A stretch of DNA of 64,000 bases from Ignavibacteriota bacterium (GTDB taxonomy: Bacteria > Bacteroidota > Ignavibacteria > Palsa-1295): NCBI GenBank assembly GCA_963736195.1, contig CAVTNP010000001.1, positions 1,638,016 through 1,702,015 on the forward strand. The letters are read 5' to 3'. Both the position numbers and the translations under genes were made by a program. Position 1 is the stretch's first letter; every line of letters starts with the position of its first letter. Below, piece by piece: positions 60,139 through 64,000 of the stretch. The notes under the pieces were generated by a model that did not search any database, was not told where the DNA came from, and was given only the letters and a program-made list of their open reading frames with translations.

Positions 60139-60901
60139 TACGTTGCTGAAGTGGGGGTCATTCGGATTCGCACTAATGGTCGGCGGTTGTTCGGCACCAT
60201 CTGCGCCGGTGGTTACTCCGCCGGAGCCGGTTTTTGTACCCAATAGTTCTCAATATAATCCTGTCGATCAAGGGATCTTCGCTGATGTCGGTGCGCAGAA
60301 TGCTATCGACATCGAGTGGAGACCCGACACAACGGGAAATACGACGGGCTATCTTCTTTATCGTTCCATCGGCGATTCGAGTGTCGGCACTGATGGACTT
60401 CTCGTGCATCGCACCACGATTGCAGATATTGAAAGCAGCAATCAACTCATCTCGCCGCTTGATACCTCCTATTCAGATACGTTAGGCATCACGCCGGGTG
60501 CGACCTATTGCTATCAGCTTCAGGCATTTTATCGCAGCCCTACAAACTCAGTAACCTATAGCAAGCCCACGCATCCAGGGATCGCGACCTCATTTATGTA
60601 TGCTCAGCGGGTAATACTTTTAAGACCCAGCGGTACAGACACCCTTCATGGCTTTCCACTTCAATTATTGTGGCAGGATCCGAATAATGGTGGCAATTAT
60701 CAGATCATCGTTCAGCGCCTCGACAATTCGCAATACGTTTGGTCTGGCAACGATCAGGACTACGAAAGCACGCTAACCATTCAATATCCTGCGAGCGCCA
60801 CGCCGCTCGTGCCGGGTGCGCCATATCAATGGCGCGTAAAATACATCGGGCAAAATGGTGGCTCCACTTCAACATGGATGGAGTTTAGTGTAGAGCCCTG
60901 A
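60131..60901 (+). CDS. lipoprotein with FN3-like segments, unknown function, coupled to porV
   Basis: Lipobox MVGGCS. NTTGYLLYRS and YCYQLQAFY resemble FN3 strands. The GTG start overlaps the porV stop by 8 nt. Confidence 0.6.
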   Translation: MNNTLLKWGSFGFALMVGGCSAPSAPVVTPPEPVFVPNSSQYNPVDQGIFADVGAQNAIDIEWRPDTTGNTTGYLLYRSIGDSSVGTDGLLVHRTTIADIESSNQLISPLDTSYSDTLGITPGATYCYQLQAFYRSPTNSVTYSKPTHPGIATSFMYAQRVILLRPSGTDTLHGFPLQLLWQDPNNGGNYQIIVQRLDNSQYVWSGNDQDYESTLTIQYPASATPLVPGAPYQWRVKYIGQNGGSTSTWMEFSVEP

Positions 60902-60949
60902 TGTTCGGCCTTTTTCAAATTGCGCATCTCTTAGCGTATTTTTGTATTA

Positions 60950-61468
60950 ATGAAATTATTCATACTCATTCTGGCTGTTCTTTGGAGTTTTGCCGCAACA
61001 CCCTCTGCCATTGCTCAAAATGGGCAAGGTGGGTCGGGAGGCCCAAGCCAGCCGCTTAACCCGACCACCCCAAACATGGCGATATACAATGTCATGCGTG
61101 GCGGCGAAATACAGATCGACGTGAATTTATGGGGGTATGTTGGCTCGCCTGGGCATTACCGCGTGCCCGGTTCGACATCGCTCGTGGAGCTTCTGAGTTT
61201 CGCCGGCGGTCCTACTGCACAGGCACGGCTGGTCGATATTCGAGTGATTCATGCTGATACTGCGTCTGAAAAGCGGGTAGAAACCTACAACCTGGAAGCT
61301 TATCGCGATAATGGGGACCTATCGCAAAATCCTCTGCTTGAGCCCGGGGATACTATTGTTGTGAGCGGCCGCGCGCTCGATATTTTCTTTCAGGCGATCG
61401 GGGTAATCACGAATATCATGGTCATCATAACCGCGCTCATCAGTTTTATCACGTTTACGACCAAGTGA
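60950..61468 (+). CDS. SLBB (soluble-ligand-binding beta-grasp) domain protein with C-terminal TM helix
   Basis: VNLWGYVGSPGHYRVPGSTSLVELLSFAGGPT...LEPGDTIVV matches the Wza/SLBB pattern. Signal peptide and hydrophobic tail present. Confidence 0.65.
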   Translation: MKLFILILAVLWSFAATPSAIAQNGQGGSGGPSQPLNPTTPNMAIYNVMRGGEIQIDVNLWGYVGSPGHYRVPGSTSLVELLSFAGGPTAQARLVDIRVIHADTASEKRVETYNLEAYRDNGDLSQNPLLEPGDTIVVSGRALDIFFQAIGVITNIMVIITALISFITFTTK

Positions 61469-62730
61469 GAACGATGGCTGTCAGCGCGAGTAGCCGCGCA
61501 TCGTTCCGGATCTTTTTCTTTCTTTGCTTCTCGATCTTTGTCGGTAGTTGCGATCGAGGTATTACCCCAGGCGTTCTTCGGTTTTCACATTTTTGGTCGG
61601 AGCCCGCGCAGCGCGCAGCTATGGACTCGCTGCTCGCGGGGTTTCATCGCCAACATCCGGAGATCCCCGTTGATGTAACCGAACTAAGTTGGGCCGACGG
61701 GAAGACAAAGCTTATGGCTGGTTTTAATTCCGAGACAGCACCGGATGTGCTGGAACTCGGCAGCGATTGGGTCGCTCAGTTCTCTTCGAGTGGGGTGCTG
61801 TTGCCGCTGGATTCAAATGCAACGATCTTACAGCGCTTTGTCAATGCGCCCCGATATGCACTCCCTTCAGGAATGTGGGAAGGCCAGCATTTTTCTGTGC
61901 CGTGGTTGCTTGATACAAGAGTTATTTTTGTAAATGACGATCTTCTCAATGGTTCTTCTGATACCTCCCATAGGACCCATGGGTCACAAAGGACTGATGC
62001 ATGGAATTGGCAGACCATGCAAACGGTTGCTACAGCCATTGGCCCGCATGGCTTTGGCGTCAATGGCTCGGATCAGCACAGGCTTTACAAGAAATTTCTG
62101 CCGTATGTGTGGTCGAACGGCGGCGATCTGTTTGACAGCCTGGGACACCCAACCATGAACTCCATGCAGAACATCGAGGCACTTCGCTTTTACATCGATC
62201 AATTAAATTATGGAGTGATGGAAACGCAAAAGAATCTTGACGATGCCTTTGCGCGAGGAACTTTAGGAATCTGGTTCAGCGGTTCCTGGCTGCTACCGCG
62301 TCTTGCCAAAGCTCCATTCAAGTGGCATACTGAAGTATTTCCCGGCAACAATGGCCATATTGGCGAGTCCTTTGCCGGCGGTGAATATCTTGCGATCAAT
62401 GCTAAATCGGCAATGAAGCGCGAGGCCGCGTTGTTCCTTGAATACGTAACGAGGCCGGATAACGAGCTTGCATTCGCCCGAAGTGTCAATGAATATCCGG
62501 CAGATGTAAGATCGCAATCGGATACATTTTATCTGCACCGGCGAGAAGGAAGCATTTTTACATCGCAGCTTGCTCATGCCCGGATGACTCCGGTTATTCC
62601 TAATTGGCTCGATGTCGAGGGAATTATCGAAGATGAAGTTTCGAAAGCGCTGTATAAAACCGAAACGCCAGAAGAAGCGATGGCAAATATGCAGCGGAGA
62701 ACTATTGCCGCAATGAAGAACGATCAATGA
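61465..62730 (+). CDS. ABC transporter substrate-binding lipoprotein, family 1 (sugar-type)
   Basis: Lipobox FVGSC. SBP_bac_1-like pattern (ELSWADGKTKLMAGFNSETAPDVLELGSDW ... GGEYLAINAKS). No permease or ATPase is adjacent. The start overlaps the upstream stop. Confidence 0.75.
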   Translation: MRTMAVSASSRASFRIFFFLCFSIFVGSCDRGITPGVLRFSHFWSEPAQRAAMDSLLAGFHRQHPEIPVDVTELSWADGKTKLMAGFNSETAPDVLELGSDWVAQFSSSGVLLPLDSNATILQRFVNAPRYALPSGMWEGQHFSVPWLLDTRVIFVNDDLLNGSSDTSHRTHGSQRTDAWNWQTMQTVATAIGPHGFGVNGSDQHRLYKKFLPYVWSNGGDLFDSLGHPTMNSMQNIEALRFYIDQLNYGVMETQKNLDDAFARGTLGIWFSGSWLLPRLAKAPFKWHTEVFPGNNGHIGESFAGGEYLAINAKSAMKREAALFLEYVTRPDNELAFARSVNEYPADVRSQSDTFYLHRREGSIFTSQLAHARMTPVIPNWLDVEGIIEDEVSKALYKTETPEEAMANMQRRTIAAMKNDQ

Positions 62731-63650
62731 AGAGCGAAGAAGTGGTGAATACTGGATTTCGCGCAGGATATTGCGCGATCGTAGGCGTGCCGAATGCGGG
62801 GAAATCTACGCTCATGAATGCGATACTCGGCACGAAACTTTCGATCGTAACACGAAAGCCTCAGACCACGCGCAAGCGAGTGCTTGGGATCTATTCGAGT
62901 CCGCAGGAGCAGATCGTTTTCCTCGATACACCCGGCATTATGCCACGACCAACGACATTATTGCACAAAGCAATGCTGGCTGAAGTTCAACGTTCCTTCG
63001 CCGATGCCGATGTCATTCTTGTGTTAGCAGAGGCCAACCAGCCGCATGATCGAGCTTTGCCGGCACTATGGAATGACTACAAAAGGATCGCCGGGGAGAA
63101 GCCGATCGTCCTTGCCATTTCTAAAAGTGATCTTTTGAAAGATAGAAAGGATCTGCTTCCCATTTTGCAACGGTATGGCGAGCAGCCAGAATTCAAAGAG
63201 TTGGTACCCATTTCTGCGAAAAAGGATTACAACATAAAAGAGCTGATCGAGACGCTGCGGAAGTATCTTCCAGGAACCGAGCCTTACTTTGATTCCGAGC
63301 AATTAAGCGATCAGAACGACAGATTTTTTGTGGGCGAGCTTGTTCGCGAAGCGATCTTTCAGCAATTTAAGGAAGAAATTCCTTATTCGACTGAGGTTGA
63401 AATTACGGAGTTCAAAGAACGGACGGCAGGAAAGTGGTTCGTTAGCGCGGATGTAATTGTGGAGCGCAATACGCAAAAATCCATCCTTATCGGCAAGGAT
63501 GGTTCAGCGTTGAAAACGTTAGGTGAACGTGCAAGAACAGAGATCGAACGGTTTCTCGAGCATCCTGTTTATCTCGAACTTCATGTGAAAACCAAAGCCG
63601 ATTGGCGTCAGAATAAGAGGACACTTTCCGAACTTGGGTATCACGTTTAA
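62727..63650 (+). CDS. era: GTPase Era
   Basis: G1 GVPNAGKST, G3 DTPG, G4 SKSD and a C-terminal KH domain (GKDGSALKTLG). ATGA overlap with the upstream gene. Confidence 0.92.
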   Translation: MKSEEVVNTGFRAGYCAIVGVPNAGKSTLMNAILGTKLSIVTRKPQTTRKRVLGIYSSPQEQIVFLDTPGIMPRPTTLLHKAMLAEVQRSFADADVILVLAEANQPHDRALPALWNDYKRIAGEKPIVLAISKSDLLKDRKDLLPILQRYGEQPEFKELVPISAKKDYNIKELIETLRKYLPGTEPYFDSEQLSDQNDRFFVGELVREAIFQQFKEEIPYSTEVEITEFKERTAGKWFVSADVIVERNTQKSILIGKDGSALKTLGERARTEIERFLEHPVYLELHVKTKADWRQNKRTLSELGYHV

Positions 63651-63696
63651 TAAAATCATCTCACGAATCTCCCTAAAATCCCACGAATCTCAGTCC

Positions 63697-64000
63697 ATGG
63701 CCGAATTCCTTCCTTTTATTGGCACACGTTACAACGCAGCAAAAGTGCGGATCGAGAATGTCACGTCGCCACCTTATGATGTGATCTCTGAGGATTATCG
63801 TAGGCAGTTGTATGCACGCGATCCACATAATGTGATCCGACTTGAGTGGAGTCGCGAGCCCGATCCTTATGCAAGCGCCGCCCACTACTTCAAAGAATGG
63901 AAGCAGACGGGAATTTTACGACCGGAAGAGGGCGAAGCATTTTACGTCTATCATCAGGTGTTCAAGAAGCCCGATGGAGAGCAAGTTACACGGGGTGGGG
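63697..64000 (+). CDS. DUF1015-family protein, 3' end beyond the window
   Basis: MAEFLPFIGTRYN...VTSPPYDVISEDYRRQLYARDPHNVIRLE matches the DUF1015 N-terminus. The frame is open to the window end. Confidence 0.7.
   Translation, partial: MAEFLPFIGTRYNAAKVRIENVTSPPYDVISEDYRRQLYARDPHNVIRLEWSREPDPYASAAHYFKEWKQTGILRPEEGEAFYVYHQVFKKPDGEQVTRGG

Noticed and set aside
63651-63696. Direct repeat CACGAATCTC (x2, 21 nt apart) before the DUF1015 gene as an operator
   Set aside because: It is only two short copies in a 46-nt spacer, which is too little evidence to call a regulatory site.
1-64000. Prophage, integrative element, IS or defence island
   Set aside because: I recognised no integrase, transposase, recombinase, phage structural, restriction-modification or cas-like motifs in any frame. 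The tRNA genes lack flanking direct repeats of their 3' ends.

Overview
This 64-kb window looks like chromosomal DNA from an FCB-group (Bacteroidota/Ignavibacteriota-like) bacterium. It mixes housekeeping genes with a large set of secreted proteins. All calls rest on motifs read by eye; no homology search was run.

Housekeeping and core genes: lysC, cdsA, tig, clpP, ptsH, ptsI, an LptF/G-type permease, an LplA/LipB-family protein and era. There are three tRNAs: Phe-GAA, Leu-TAG and Ser-GGA.

Secretion: at least 12 genes end in a type IX secretion (T9SS) C-terminal sorting domain. The window also encodes a very large PorU-like C25 peptidase and PorV, followed by a translationally coupled lipoprotein.

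Gene families: the secreted genes sit in six tandem paralog arrays (10959/12063, 13153/15664, 30605/31464/32581 plus a decayed relic, 33487/34784, 37960/40137, 44556/45665). Several are built from repeat or domain families I cannot name.

Other notable points:
- A DUF4258/zinc-finger toxin-antitoxin-like pair sits between tig and clpP.
- A 33-nt exactly repeated inverted-repeat element occurs at two gene 5' ends.
- A perfect 13-bp tandem repeat lies in an intergenic region.
- Three secreted-protein genes are frameshifted, one at a G7 homopolymer.
- A TonB-dependent receptor, beta-helix lipoprotein and metallophosphoesterase cluster lies at 44.5-52.8 kb.

No transposase, integrase, CRISPR array or rRNA was seen.
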